Shown here: positions 36,502 to 49,214 of the stretch, piece after piece
How the letters are laid out: each line of letters starts with the position of its first letter
Numbering within the stretch: the stretch's first letter is position 1
Source of the DNA: Nemertoderma westbladi
Taxonomy: Eukaryota; Animalia; Xenacoelomorpha
Direction: 5' to 3'
DNA: 64,000 bases
NCBI GenBank assembly: GCA_032718475.1
Contig: JAUCBJ010006460.1
Location: forward strand, 1 to 64,000
Program-made: the position numbers and the translations under genes
Notes under the pieces: model-generated
Told to the model about the DNA's origin: nothing
What the model saw: the letters and a program-made list of their open reading frames with translations, nothing else
Database searches by the model: none

Positions 36502-38404
36502 TCAACATAGTGGAAAGGCAAGGTCTTTACAGTATGGAGGCGTTCGGGGAACGAGAAGTATCCGCACGCCATCTCTTGTGCGACGTTTTCGGGCACTCAG
36601 TCGCACTCTAGTCTTTACGTGTGCATTGGCGTACGTCTTGAACATAACCATGTTCCCGGGTAGCCATAATGTCCTTAGTGGGACATTTAATGTGGCATCG
36701 AGGGCTCGCTGTATGCCCATGGAATCCGCACATTGTACACACGTTATAGAGTGTCCGGCAAACCGCTACGTCATGGCCCGGGGTAGCGCAGTATGGACAA
36801 TAGAGTATCCCAAGGATTTGGAAGCACGGTTCGGTAACTCGTTGTTTCTTTCCGCATGGACATTGATCTGAACTGCAGCTACTGCAAACATCGAGTTGCA
36901 TTTCCCGACCAAAGAAGATCGGAATCTGTACGCCGGCGTAGTATTCCAGTCGTCTATCCTTTTTCGGAATAATTGTCGTAACCGGGAGCCCACGGAACGC
37001 TGTGCTGTTGCGGAGTTGGGCCTCATTACGGTATCCTTCTTTATGGTCCGCTGGATGCATCTCAGGCACCCGTTCCTGATGGTGGATCCACTCCGTCTGT
37101 TCCGCGTACCATCTTGTGAGTCTCATCGGGTCTTGTGGAATGGTAGGAGCCGTAGCAAACCGCCGGTTGGCGAAGGGGTGCAGGAACATTCGCCGAAGGA
37201 ATCCCGAGAAGGTCTCCAGGGGTTGGCGGTATACTAGGACCCATCGTAACTTGGATAGCCGATCGGGTCCGCAGTGTACTGGTACTTGAAGTTTCTGTGG
37301 ACCAATCCTCTCCTCCAGGAAACGGGTATGGAGATAATCTCTTGCATGCATTGTCGAAGTCATTGTCGCGAGGCGAGGGTGGGAACTAGCTCTCTCGCCG
37401 GACTACCGGAGCCAAGCGGAGTAGTTACGCCAGATTCCGTCGCAGGCTCAGTCGCGGCAATACATTTAGCGGCTGATCCGTAGGCGACTTCCGGTTCGAG
37501 TTGACGTTTTGGTGTGGATAGCAGAGTGCCTTCATGTTTCCATAACTCCTCTCCTTCCAATGATACTATAGGTTCATCTGCGCCAAGGAGATCGGTAATC
37601 ATGGGGATATCGAATGGTCCGTGCAGGTCCCAGGATTCGATTACGTCTAGCGTCTTGGTATCTCCTTTGGTTTGGGTGTCGATGAAGTGGCTGATCGCGC
37701 TAATGTCCTCTCTACGTTGGTATAGTCATTCCAGAGATCCGCCTTTATATCCGACGGGATCTTGATAATATCGAAGTCGAGCAATACCTGTTGGATCGCC
37801 GATGGTAATAACCAGATCGCCCCGGCTGTCCGTAATTCCTGTTGGGGTGTCGGGAAGATTCGACATATCAGTACCAATCCATCTAGGGTTCCGAGGACGA
37901 TGATTAGCAACCAACTGTACTCCTTCGTCTCGTATTTCTCTTTATAGTCGTCTCGGTTTTGGATGACTGTCATTCGTTCCACTCGCAGCGTCGCCGTACA
38001 TTCCGCCAGATTTCCCCAGTGTGCGAGATATGTACTCTTGTCGTCAATGAAACTCTGACATCGCGCAATTGTAACCGCCTTCGGAGTCGATGTCGCATTG
38101 CCCTCGTTGTCGTATATTAGGCACCGGGATTTGTAAACGCTTCGCCGGAACGTATCCCAGACTCTCCTCCTCCGGTTACCTCAGCATTCCGAGTCCCTTT
38201 CAGGCTCGTAATTGCGTCGGTGAACTGGAGCGTCTGCAGGTTACGGGAATCCGGGACCTCCCTCCTGGAGAAACGAATGACTCGCACGTTCTCGCTCAAC
38301 AGGTTGTTCCATTTCACATCAAAACTAGGAGATCCAGGCTGTGGATAGAGCAATAAATCAATCGTATTACGTAATTCGCCAAGAATCCGGCGATTCGGGT
38401 CCAT
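36502..38404 (-). pseudogene. Family C accessory ORF: divergent exonuclease-like segment plus CCHC knuckles, several frameshifts
   Basis: LLPSAIQQVLLDFDIIKIPSDIKADL (ExoII-like), FIDTQ in the next frame, RRMFLHPFAN (compare KRFLTPFFN and RRFLQPFYN), CPYCATPGHDVAVC, CTMCGFHGHTASPRC. Confidence 0.6.
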
Positions 38405-39613
38405 ATTGTAAATTATGTCTGTTACAAATTAAATCAGTTAATCCAGAATTAAATTAAATTAAATTAAATCCAGAAAGTCTGATTCTATAGCGACTGCAGA
38501 ATAGTTATTTTTAATGTAGTTAATATTATTGCTATATAGGCATCTACCATCTTATTGCTACTACATTCAGTATTTACAGTTACTATAGCTATACATTATT
38601 ATCCAAGCAGTTTTTTGACTTTTTATGTCCACTTCTTTTTCAAATTATTTTTCCATTCTAAATGTTATACTTTTTTTTGTCTTTTTTATTTCTAAAGTTT
38701 ATACATTTCACATTTCATTTCATTTCTTTCACATTTCATCATTTATCCCACATTATATCATTTATTCCATCATTACATCATTTTATTCACCATCACATCA
38801 TTATTACACATTTCATTGGGGTTATAGCCCCCCGGCTTTCATCATTGGTTATAAGCGCAAAGCATCAGGGTGCGTCATACGCGTCATTCATACGCGTCAT
38901 CATTCAGTTTATAGTTGAGTTATCTGTTTCTTTTCATCATTTCTAATTACATTCAACCATCTTCTTGGGTAATTTTCGTTGTGGAAGGGGTGTTACGCGG
39001 CAGTCTGGGATCTACAGCTGGACTCGTTACACCGCCTACACCCCAAACTGCACACATAACGGACAATGAATAGAATGCTGGAAGTGAAGTCACGTGGAAT
39101 GCACCAGGGACCCACCAGAATAACACTCCCAGAAACATAAAGCTCAGCCGACGAAGTCACGTGGAATGCACCAGGGAATCACCAGAATAACGTGGCTGAG
39201 GAACATAACGTCTCTATCGATAAAGTCATATAGAATGGTGTTACGCAACATTCTGGGATCTACAGCTGGACTCGTTACACCGCCTATGCCCCAAACTGCA
39301 CGTAACGGTTCCACCAGAATAACGTGATAGACGGGGTGTTGCGCGGCAGTCCGGGATCTACAGCTGGACTCGTTACACCTCCTACGCCCCAAACTGCACA
39401 CGCAACGGACAACACAATACAACACAATGGATACAATGAATTCCACTTCGAATCTTTCTCATTTCCGATAATCCAAGGTAGTTGGTCCTGATGACCAAAA
39501 TCAGGGTGAACAAAACATAAACTACCCTGCGTCAGTCGAACCATCAGCAGGGTGATGCTGGACTCCACTTAACACACGAGGAAACACAAATACCATGCGT
39601 GGTTACAGTTGGT

Positions 39614-42600
39614 TTAAGGGGAGTCCATAATCATTGTCGGTAAATCACATTTAAAGAGTTTGTTAACAGGATGGGAAGGGTTAAACGGGTTTGTTATTGT
39701 CACCAATGTCCGCAGCAGGATCCTGAGTTGAGTAGGGAACTTATCACCTCTCATGGAGTCACCACTGTCATTGCCTTCGAGAAGGCAAAGCCTCTGGATA
39801 GGGCGTTGGTAGTGGCCCTTCGCTATTCGTATCGTCACCGTTCTCGCAAGTCCATCTTTGCTTGGGGTTATCTCCACGACACGTGCTACAGGCCAGTGGA
39901 CGCGGTCTTTAAGGTCTTCCTTGACTAGTACCATATCGCCAACTGCGACATTCAGGTATGTATCGTTCCACTTCAGCCTCGTTCGGAGGGTTATAAGGTA
40001 CTCCTGGGCCCAGATTCTCCACCAATGCGCCGCCAATGCTTGGGCCTTCTCCAGTTGGTGTGTTTCGCGATGACTTTGGGATCCGGGAAAGTGGCCTCCG
40101 GAAAAATGTCGGTCTTAGGCCGAGGTTAGATGGTTGGGTGTAAGGGGTTCTAGATAGGTTGGGTCGTCATGGATGGGAATGATTGGCCGGTTGTTTAAGG
40201 TGTCCATGATTTCGCAGAATGTGGTGTGCAACGTATCATGGGTGACCCGGGTATCCCCTAACGCAATCCGCATGGATCATTTCTCTAGATCAATGAGTTT
40301 CTCCCATACCCCGCTCATATGGGGTGCTAGGGGTGTCTGGAAGTGCCATTGGATGTGGTGTTCCTTCCAAACGTGCGATGCGGTTTTGTCGGTAAACCAT
40401 CCCTCAATAGACTTTCTGAGTTCCCTTTCTCCTCCCACAAAGTTTGTTCCATTGTCTGAGTACATATGGCGGCATGATCCATTGTTCGCCACGAACCGAC
40501 GCAGGGCGTTGATGAATGTGTGCTGCATGAGGTACACTATGAGGTCCAGGTAGATCGCCCTCGACCTCAGGCATGTAAAGATGGCTCCACAGCATTTAAT
40601 GTTGTATCGTCGCTCGATAACCGTAAATGGTCCGAAACAGTCTACGCCAGTTACGTAGAACAGCGGTGAGTCGGACTGGAGCCGCATGGTCAGATCGGCC
40701 ATTCTTTGGGTGAGCAGTGGCGCTAGATATCTCCTGCAAGGGTAACACCGTTTCAATACTTTCCGAATCAGTGGCTGGATGTGGGTGATCCAGTATCGTT
40801 GCCAGATATTGGCCCTGATCAAGTTTTGGCCCGCGTGATGATTTTCCTCATGACATTGTTGGACTAGCAGCTTGGATAGTATAGATGTTCCTGGCAAAAG
40901 TGCCGGATACTTAATTTCATACTCGACCGGGGTGTTCGCCATCCGGGTATTAAGGCGGATCAATCCGTCCTCTCCCATCATGGGTCTCAACTGGTAGACC
41001 GGGCTGTCAGGTTTCAAAGTCCTGCCCGTGTTGAGCTTCTCCCGGGGGAATGGGGAAACTTTCTTTCTGGACATATCTCACAATACATTTCTCCGCTATA
41101 ATGAGCTCTTATATACTCCGCCAAACTATCGGTTTGTTATCCTTCCACCGCAGGAAATTACGAAGGGTCATAGCATGGTGGATGAAACGTTTCATCGAGG
41201 AGGTCTGTTCTCTAAGGAGTCGTAGGGATGCAGCTGGTTGCTCGGTGGTCGCAACGTTATAGTGCCTGCCCGAGTCCTTTACAGGCTCAGTCAGACAGCT
41301 ATAAATCTCTACGGTGGCGCTCCCATGGACTTTGCGGATCTCCTTATCATCTTCCGAGTATTTCCCGCTATCTAATCCGGGATCGAATTGGGTGCTCTAG
41401 GTTCGTTGCGGTTGCTTTAGGAACTCTGGACCCGTAAGCCAAAGTTTACTCTTACCGAGCTGTCGTGGGGTGGCGCCTTGGCTCGATAAGTCCTGCCAGG
41501 TTCTCTTTCCCATTTACGTGATGCCACTGTTGGTGCACTGTTTTATTTCCGTGGCCCGGTTCGCCACGAATGTTGTGTGTCGCCGTGATGGTGAATGGAG
41601 GTAGTAGAGCATGATGCTAGAATCGACCCAGAAATGTTGAGATTCAATGGGGATTCTTTCGCATGATCATGCGGTTTTGTCTTACGGCCCAGACTGCGGC
41701 TTGCATCTCGAGCCTCGGGATGGTCGCCACAAATTCCCCGGATGCCATCTTCGCTTTGTACAATAAGAAACTAATATCGCCGTTTCCATCTTGGTTTAAT
41801 CTCCGTATATATGTAACCACACCGATTCCGGTATTCGAGGCATCCGAGAAGGTATGGAGCTGGAATATATCGGTGGGCAGCTTGTCGAGGAAGAACAGTC
41901 GAGGAATCCGCATGAGGTGTAGCTTTTCGAGTTGCTCCGTCCACTTCTTCCCTTTGGTGCTAAGGTGTGGGGGGAGTTCTTCATCCTACCCCAGTCCTTC
42001 GATCCACATTTCTTTAATTCGATTCATTCCGGCCAACATTACTGGGGATATGAAATTCAAAGGATCGAATATGGCACTCTTCACGGATAAACATCCCCTC
42101 TTTGTCATTGGTTTGGGCAGGTGGTTATGTTTGAAGATAAACTGGTCCTGTTTTATGTCCCATTCAATACCGAGTACGCGGTGGTCTACACCCTCGGAAT
42201 ACATTTTATCATTATCCAATTTAATTTATTCCGGGAGCCTTTCCATAAGCTCTTTGTCGTGTGATCTAAATTTTACTAGGGGGAAACCTCCCCTCTTTAA
42301 GCATTCTACCATTCCAATGGCAAGCTGATGTGCCTCGTCAACATTCTCGACCCCAGCGCATCCGTCGTCCACATAGAAACATCTCCGGGTGGTCTCAATG
42401 ACAGTCGGAGGAAACTCATTTTCGCACAGGGTCGCAGTTTTTTTAGCATGTCGCTGCATGCGACTGGCGAATCTTTAGCACCGAAGATCCGGACGATCAT
42501 ACGCATTACGTCCACATCCTCCAAGGTAAGTTGATTTATCTCTTGTGGGGTTAATGCTTTGTCTGTCCATAGAATACAAAGGCAATCAGAATCTCGTGGT

Positions 42601-45600
42601 AGAGTTCGCACTTGGTGGAACATTGCTTTGATGTCGCACGTGAAGGCGACTTTATTCTCCCGGAATCAGATTAATACGCCGATCAGCGGACTGTATATGT
42701 TGGGTCCGGTGTATAGCTGGCTATTCAATGATTCACCTTGGTACATAGCCACCGCATCATTCACGACCCGGATCTTTCCGCCCTTCTGGGCCTCTACTAC
42801 ATAGTGGGTCGGAAGATAGTTAGTCTGTTTTGTCCCCTGCAGTTCGTCCCGGGGAACCATCTCCACCAATCCATCTTCCAGGTATCTCTTAATTACGTTG
42901 TTATACTTTTCTTTGATCTTGGGTAGCTCGTACAATCTGCGCAAGATCCCTTTTAGCCTCCTCAGGGCCATACTAGCATTGTTAGCGTTCGGTCTGTCCA
43001 GATCCTTCCATAACATTGGTGAGCACCAATGCCCATCCTTAAACACTGCTTGGTCCAGGACGTCCATAGAGTATTGGTCCTCCTCTGATGGGTTTTCCTC
43101 TTTTTCGGCGAATTCTTGGGTTTCCAGGTTGAAGTATTTCATCATTTCTTGTTGTGTCTTCTCCATTTCTAGGAATAGATCCTCATCCATATTGGTCGCC
43201 GAACAGTAACCCACGGATGTTGTATTCCCTTCGATCTGACACTTTGGAAGGTATGTATAGGTGTCGGTGGTTTCCTCTTTAATACCGCAGAGCGTCCATC
43301 CCATAATAGTGCGCTCTGCATAGAAACCGTCATCCAGCTTTACGGAAAGGGCGATATCTCCAGTAGGTATATGTAATTCTGGGGTATCGAGTCCGATAAG
43401 TAAAATAATTATATTAACGTCCAATGGTGGGCATCTTAGATCTACATCCTCTCGATCTAGTTGTATGAGGGGTGTGTATTCAGAGGATTGTCAGAATCGC
43501 ACTCTGAGATCGGTATGCACCAGGGCGTTTTAATAGTTAGTTTTACCTTTTCATAACCTTCCATAACCCCTTCTACACTGAGTTGCACCTCTCCGGACTC
43601 CACTTCCTTATGGTCCGTTATAGTTTGTATGGGTCGCTTACAGGGCTCATATTCTAGACCCAACTGTTCCAGAAAGTCCCTGTTGATTATGGTCCCATCT
43701 GACCCATTATCCAGGAACGCAAGTGTGGTCACGGATTTCCCGACGCCTTGGATCCTCACCGGTATTACCTTGGCAAAGACCATGTACCGTCGGTTGATTA
43801 AGTTGACCGTAGCCGATATACTGGTAAAGTGTGCTACGTCAGCGGTGGTCTTGAACGGGTTCGTTTCTCTCCGCTGGATCATCCGAGGACCCTTTGAGAT
43901 GTGGTTTGTCTCCCCTCTCCGCTTGGACTCGATAGGGAATGGTAGTGTAGTGAAGTCAAAGTTTGCAGGAGTGTGGAGGAGCGTGTGATGTCGTAGATCG
44001 TTGCAAACCGCACAACAGGACCTCTGTTCACAATCCCTCATATAATGGCCTGTGCCAAGACACCGGAAGCATCCTCGGTGTTTCATGATTGCCTCAAAGT
44101 GCTGAACTAGTTCTGCAAACTGGAACTTTCTGCAGAATTCTACTTTGTGCTTCTCTCCGCAGAAGAGATATAGAAGGGAGATTGTTGTGCCTTCCCTCTC
44201 AGGCGCCCAATTTGCCAGATAGCACGCCCATTCTTCTGCCGACATCGGTTCCTCATAATCCTCGTCATCCGAATCCTCGGCCATGGTGATGGCCATCGTA
44301 CTTACCGGGGGAGGGCGGAATCTCGGTTTTGGAGTGGGTGCCCTGCTCCGAGAAGTGCTCTCTATCCAATCCAACTTGGAGAGACTCTGTTTAGAGAACA
44401 TGGAGTCGTTCATGACCTAGGAGATGTCATCTAGGAATGCCGACATTTCAAGAAAACTAGGATCCCGATCCGGGTGTATTTGTCTGAGATCTACACATTT
44501 ATATGCCCATTTACATTGTAGCCATCCGGGGAATTTCCGGGCAATTTGTCGGAGGTTTAAGATATTATTCACTTGTTCCTCCTTGTTTAATGGTTTCAGG
44601 GTATAATAAGCATCCTTCATTGAGTCCGAAAACTCTTGGATATTCTGTGGGTCCCCTAGGGATCCAGCATCCTGTATCAGTTTTTCAAGTGTCTTGTTAA
44701 TTATGGTTCCAACATTGCCATATCTTTTATCGACCATTTTCCATGCATCGTGGTACGCCTCGTGGGATCCTCCTTCAAAACATCTCATAATACGGCATGG
44801 TTTTTCACCCAGATACTGAGACAAATATACCAACTTTTGTGCATCGGTGATGTCCGTCGATCCGGTTTGAGCGAAGAACCGTTTTTTAATTTCAACGGGA
44901 TCACCCTCGAAGGTACGGATTTCCATCTTAGGCATAGCCAGGCGGTTCTCCAAGTCTCGGATGATACCGATGTCGTCCGAACTAGAATGACTAGGAGGTC
45001 CCTAGTTACTAACACTCTCTCCCATAGATGATGGATCGATAAGAGGTGGAGTTTTAATAACATTGCAGTTACGGATTTTCGGAGTGGACGTGAATGGATT
45101 AGTGGATCGAGGGGTGGCGTCACGTTCCGAGTCCCTGTCAGGCTCGTACTTGTGATCGCTCGATGCCGGAGGATTGGAGGGGAAAGTTCCTCATTCTTAA
45201 GCGTAACCAGTGGGGGGCGGAAAACCGGTGCTTGCGCCGAGAGTGTGGACCGTATGACCAGCGGGAATTCGGGTTTCGGAGGTTTTACTGCTGGTGGTGT
45301 AATCGACTTTTCTAATTCCGGAACCGGAATTGGTTCATAGTCCTGTTCTATACCCTTTTCCCAGTCCTCATATAGTTGAAGGTCTCGTTCTATGAGTGCG
45401 GCTTCATAGTCTGCGAGTTTAGCAATATCCGCATTCTCCTTGTCAATAAGAAGTGCTTGGGCCTCGGCATTCCGTTTACGCATTTCAGCCTCTTGTTTCC
45501 ATATTTCGGCCTGTTGTTCGGCCTCTTGTTTCTGTATTTCAGCCTGTTGTTCGGCCTCTTGTTTCCGTATTTCGGCCTGTTGTTCAGCCTCTCGTTTACG

Positions 45601-45909
45601 CATTTCGGCTTCTTGTTTACGTCTTTTGGCCTGTATTTCGGCCTCTTGTTTATGTCTTTCTTCTGCTAGTACGTCCTGTTCGATCTGCAATTGAACGTAT
45701 TCATCTTCCATCCGGACTTTAAGGGCCAGTGCCCTCTGTTCTCGTAACTGATCTCGGAGGGGTTGACCCCCTTGGGAACTACGCGCTGATCCGGATATCT
45801 CGCTCCTGGCGCTGGAGTGCTGGTGCCTTGAGGACCCAGTCCTCTTTCTTGGAACCAATGTTCTGGTACCGGAGCTCCGCACTGATTCCACGTCCGCCCT
45901 TTCAGTCAA
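39614..45909 (-). pseudogene. BEL/Pao gag-pol polyprotein, many frameshifts and stops
   Basis: Coiled-coil Gag; PKMEIRTFEGDP..QKLVYLSQYL (DUF1759-like); CFRCLGTGHYMRDC..C..C..HHTLLH; protease FLDNGSDGT; RT KIRVVNDA, MFHQV, FYVDDG; RNase H FSDAS, TIPRLEM; integrase GVDCFGPF, SDNGTNFVG, GVWE. Confidence 0.93.
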
Positions 45910-45949
45910 TTTGTAATATTGTTCCTATTTAATAGTTAATCTAATTAAT

Positions 45950-47290
45950 AATTTCAAACTATGATGTTAGCCTATGAAGAATCATGAAGCTGAGTAAACA
46001 TGCAGCCTTTTAAACATACAGTCTCCATAGTATTAATAGATGAGAGTACAGTGCAGAAGTACTCTGTAACAAACAGTCATTCAGCATAGTCACTCACTAT
46101 ATATCAATCACCTATAAAACATTTTGAAGGCTACAGTATTTAACCTGATACAGATAATAAGCAGTGATAAGCTAGGAACAATGTAATTTATTTGCCAAAC
46201 CAGATGGTGTAATTGTTCTATGCCTTACACTTGTCTATGACAGACAATGTTTATTTGTCTTGTACAAACAATGTGAGCTACTCTCACTCAGGTTGAGTTG
46301 TGATGTAATTAGTTGGGCCTTCCTCTATTGAATAGCATTGCTAGGCCTCTCTAAACATTTTTCATGAGCGCCAGCTGGTGTTTTTATCATTGCGCCTATG
46401 GCGTTTTTTCATTTATCTCTATTTTTCAGCCAGCCAGTCAGTCAACAATTCTTACAGTAATCAAGTCTTACGACTTGCTAACTAGAGACGGCGTCAAGAT
46501 GCCATTAAGCAAGTCGGAGGTCATCAATCAAATGTAAATTCCATCAACAATGTTTGCCTATTTACCTATGGTCAGAGAGAGAGATTCCACTCTGTAACTT
46601 GGCAATTACTCAAATCCATTCACCTGAATGGCACAGTAGAGTAAACCAAAGTAAATTTCCTCAACAATCTTTGCCTATGGTCTGAAGGAAAGCCGCTAAA
46701 TGCCATTCACCTATAAAACATTTTGAATGCCACAGTGTGTAACCTGATACAAATATTAAACATTGATTTTTACATTTCAAACTATAATGTTAGCCTATGG
46801 AAAATCATATTATCTGGTTGATTAAATATACACATTTATAAACATAGTCTCCACAGTATTAAAGATGGCCAAAAGATTTATAAATAAAACAATTAGATGC
46901 AATGTATTTTAGTTGAGACACAAGATGGTGTGGAAAGTTCTGTCCATTCAATCAACTAATGCTGAGCTTTGCAGTAGGTAGGACAAAGGAATTTAGTTGC
47001 CAAACCAGATATGGTGTATGGTGTAATTGTTATATGCCTTACACTCTGTCTATGACAGACGAGGTTATGTTTGTCATGTACAAACAATGCAAGCTACTCT
47101 CACTCGAGTTGAGTTGAGATGTAATTAGTAGGCCATTCCTCTATTGAATAGCGTTACTAGGCCATCTCTATACATTTTATTCATTCTAAATGCCATTCAA
47201 CTATAAAACATTTTGAATGCCACAGTGTGTAACCTGATACAGATAATAAGCATTGATTTTAACATCTCAAACTATAATGTTAACAATAAT
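45950..47290. repeat. Diverged local duplications of unclassified AT-rich sequence
   Basis: CTATAAAACATTTTGAA..AACCTGATAC block near 46110, 46710 and 47200; a ~150-bp block at 46200-46350 repeated near 47010-47170. Confidence 0.6.
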
Positions 47291-47542
47291 TTGTTTTATT
47301 ATAAACGTTGCGAATATGTTGCATTGTTAATAAATTAATTGCATAATTGATTATAGGCCTACTCTATTGATAAATGTTAATAATTATACATAAATTAAAT
47401 ATTACTTATTACTTGAAACTAATTAAACCGAAAACTACCTACCGCCACCAGAACTCCACAAGTTTATGCACGACACCAATTTATGGGAAATATTTCATGC
47501 GATGGATTATTGAAAACAAAACAATGACCGAGTATTATGTCT

Positions 47543-47629
47543 GTATCCATGGCGACAACCCTAATCCGCGGGCGTATCCATGACAACCTTTGGGGAGCGT
47601 GTTTGACGTCAGAGCTGTTGCATAGCAAG
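47543..47629. promoter_or_regulatory. Cluster of three RFX X-box-like motifs and a CRE
   Basis: GTATCCATGGCGAC (47543), GTATCCATGACAAC (47574), TGACGTCA (47604), GTTGCATAGCAAG (47617) in a local GC-rich patch. Confidence 0.45.
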
Positions 47630-47735
47630 TGCGTTGACTACGGGCCCGTAGATCAGTCCCAAACAGCTTCTCAAACCATCGTCGCAGTTGCAATGAGTGA
47701 GGCTGAAATATTATTACAATATTATTATTATTTAA

Positions 47736-49204
47736 GGGGAGGTGGGGGTAGCACCCCTCTATTTTGGAAATTGAAAAAAACCTTTTTTTATTCTATCATG
47801 TGCCGAATTTAATGGAGATTTCAAATCTGCAAGCAGTTTTCTCATATCTTTTCTCAAACTCAAGTTATTACCCAAAACGTAAGAGCTAGTCTGATTTTTG
47901 ACAAGCCTTCGAGCAGCACTATATTTCACAATTGTATGGCGGGCCCTTTCCATAAAAAGTGCTCTCACGGTACAGATATGAATAAAATTGCTATAAAGTT
48001 GATATAACTAGCTCAATATGTTTAGCAAGAATGAAAAATTTCGTTGAATTTCATTCATTTTTGACAAAGTTATTGTTGAACATAGAAAAATGGTATTATC
48101 TAAAATAGCGGGAAGGTTTGAATTGTTCCTTAAACTTTAAGCACCCATTTATGATACAGTCGTGCTATCCTTCTATCCCTTGCGAATATAAAACAACTGT
48201 TTAACGGGTGAAAGCCTTGTAAGGAAGGCATATATTTAAAAAGGGTGAGGGTATATGGACCCTGCCTACAATATACACTCAATAATAAGGTAACTACTAC
48301 CTACAGTAATGCATAGTAATTGTATATATATCATGCACTGCACATGAATAGCATGCATAGAAATCAAAAAGCAAGGAATTATTTAATTTTAGAAATTAGA
48401 AATCATATAGTTTAACTGTTAAACATTATAACGTATATTTTTCCGCTAATCATTATAATTTTTTGGAGGAAGAATGTTGTGGTTGGTGGGTTAAAATTAA
48501 TGAATTCATCCGAAGCGCTATAAGTTATCGGCAGTCTAGAAGCCGAATAGATCGTTTAACTGCTTTGTTGATTGACTTTATTTGTATACTGTACAGTAAG
48601 CAGTGAGATGAGACTTCATTTTCATGACACCATCTTGCGATTTTTTTATTTATTTTAATTTTCTTCCCCGAGCGGATTTTCCCGTTGCACCATAAAGTAT
48701 ATTGGGTTCAATGTTTTACACTATCACCTAATAAATATATCTCAGAATGATTTTTTTTTCATGAAAAAAGGCTATTTCTCAACCAATTTTAGCTGAAATT
48801 ACCTTTCTCCATTAAAAATTGAACAAATTTGGTTGGAAATGCCCTGGAGCCTTTTTATATCAAAAAGGCCCAAAAAAATCCCTTTTTTGGGTCCTTTTTG
48901 TTCTGAAAATCCTCCAGAGTATTTGAGACAAAATTTGTTCAGAAGAATTGGATGCAGGGTTCTTCTGAACTCATTCCAACAAATTTCAACAAATATTGGT
49001 GGAGAAATAGCCCTTGACGCAAAAAGGGGACTTTCGGCCATTACGGAGCCATTTTGGGGCCAATTTTAAAAATATTTGGTTTGTTTATTCTCACACAGTC
49101 CAGACGATGTTTAGTAGCACAAAAAATGAATTTCACACAATTTTAGGGTCCAGAGACACAAAAATATGAGGTTCAATTTAGGGGTGCTACCCCCCCCCCC
49201 CCCC
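47736..49204. mobile_element. Non-autonomous Kolobok-like TIR element
   Basis: TTAA|GGGGAGGTGGGGGTAGCACCCCT...AGGGGTGCTACCCCCCCCCCCCCCC|TTAA; no coding capacity. Confidence 0.75.
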
Positions 49205-49214
49205 TTAATGTAAT

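Larger units (their letters stand above)
35130..45909 (-). mobile_element. BEL/Pao LTR retrotransposon 'family C', decayed; LTRs not identified
   Basis: Complete gag-PR-RT-RH-IN domain order, then a 1.2-kb spacer, an accessory ORF and a repeated 3' region. A shared hairpin motif ties these parts together. Confidence 0.85.
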
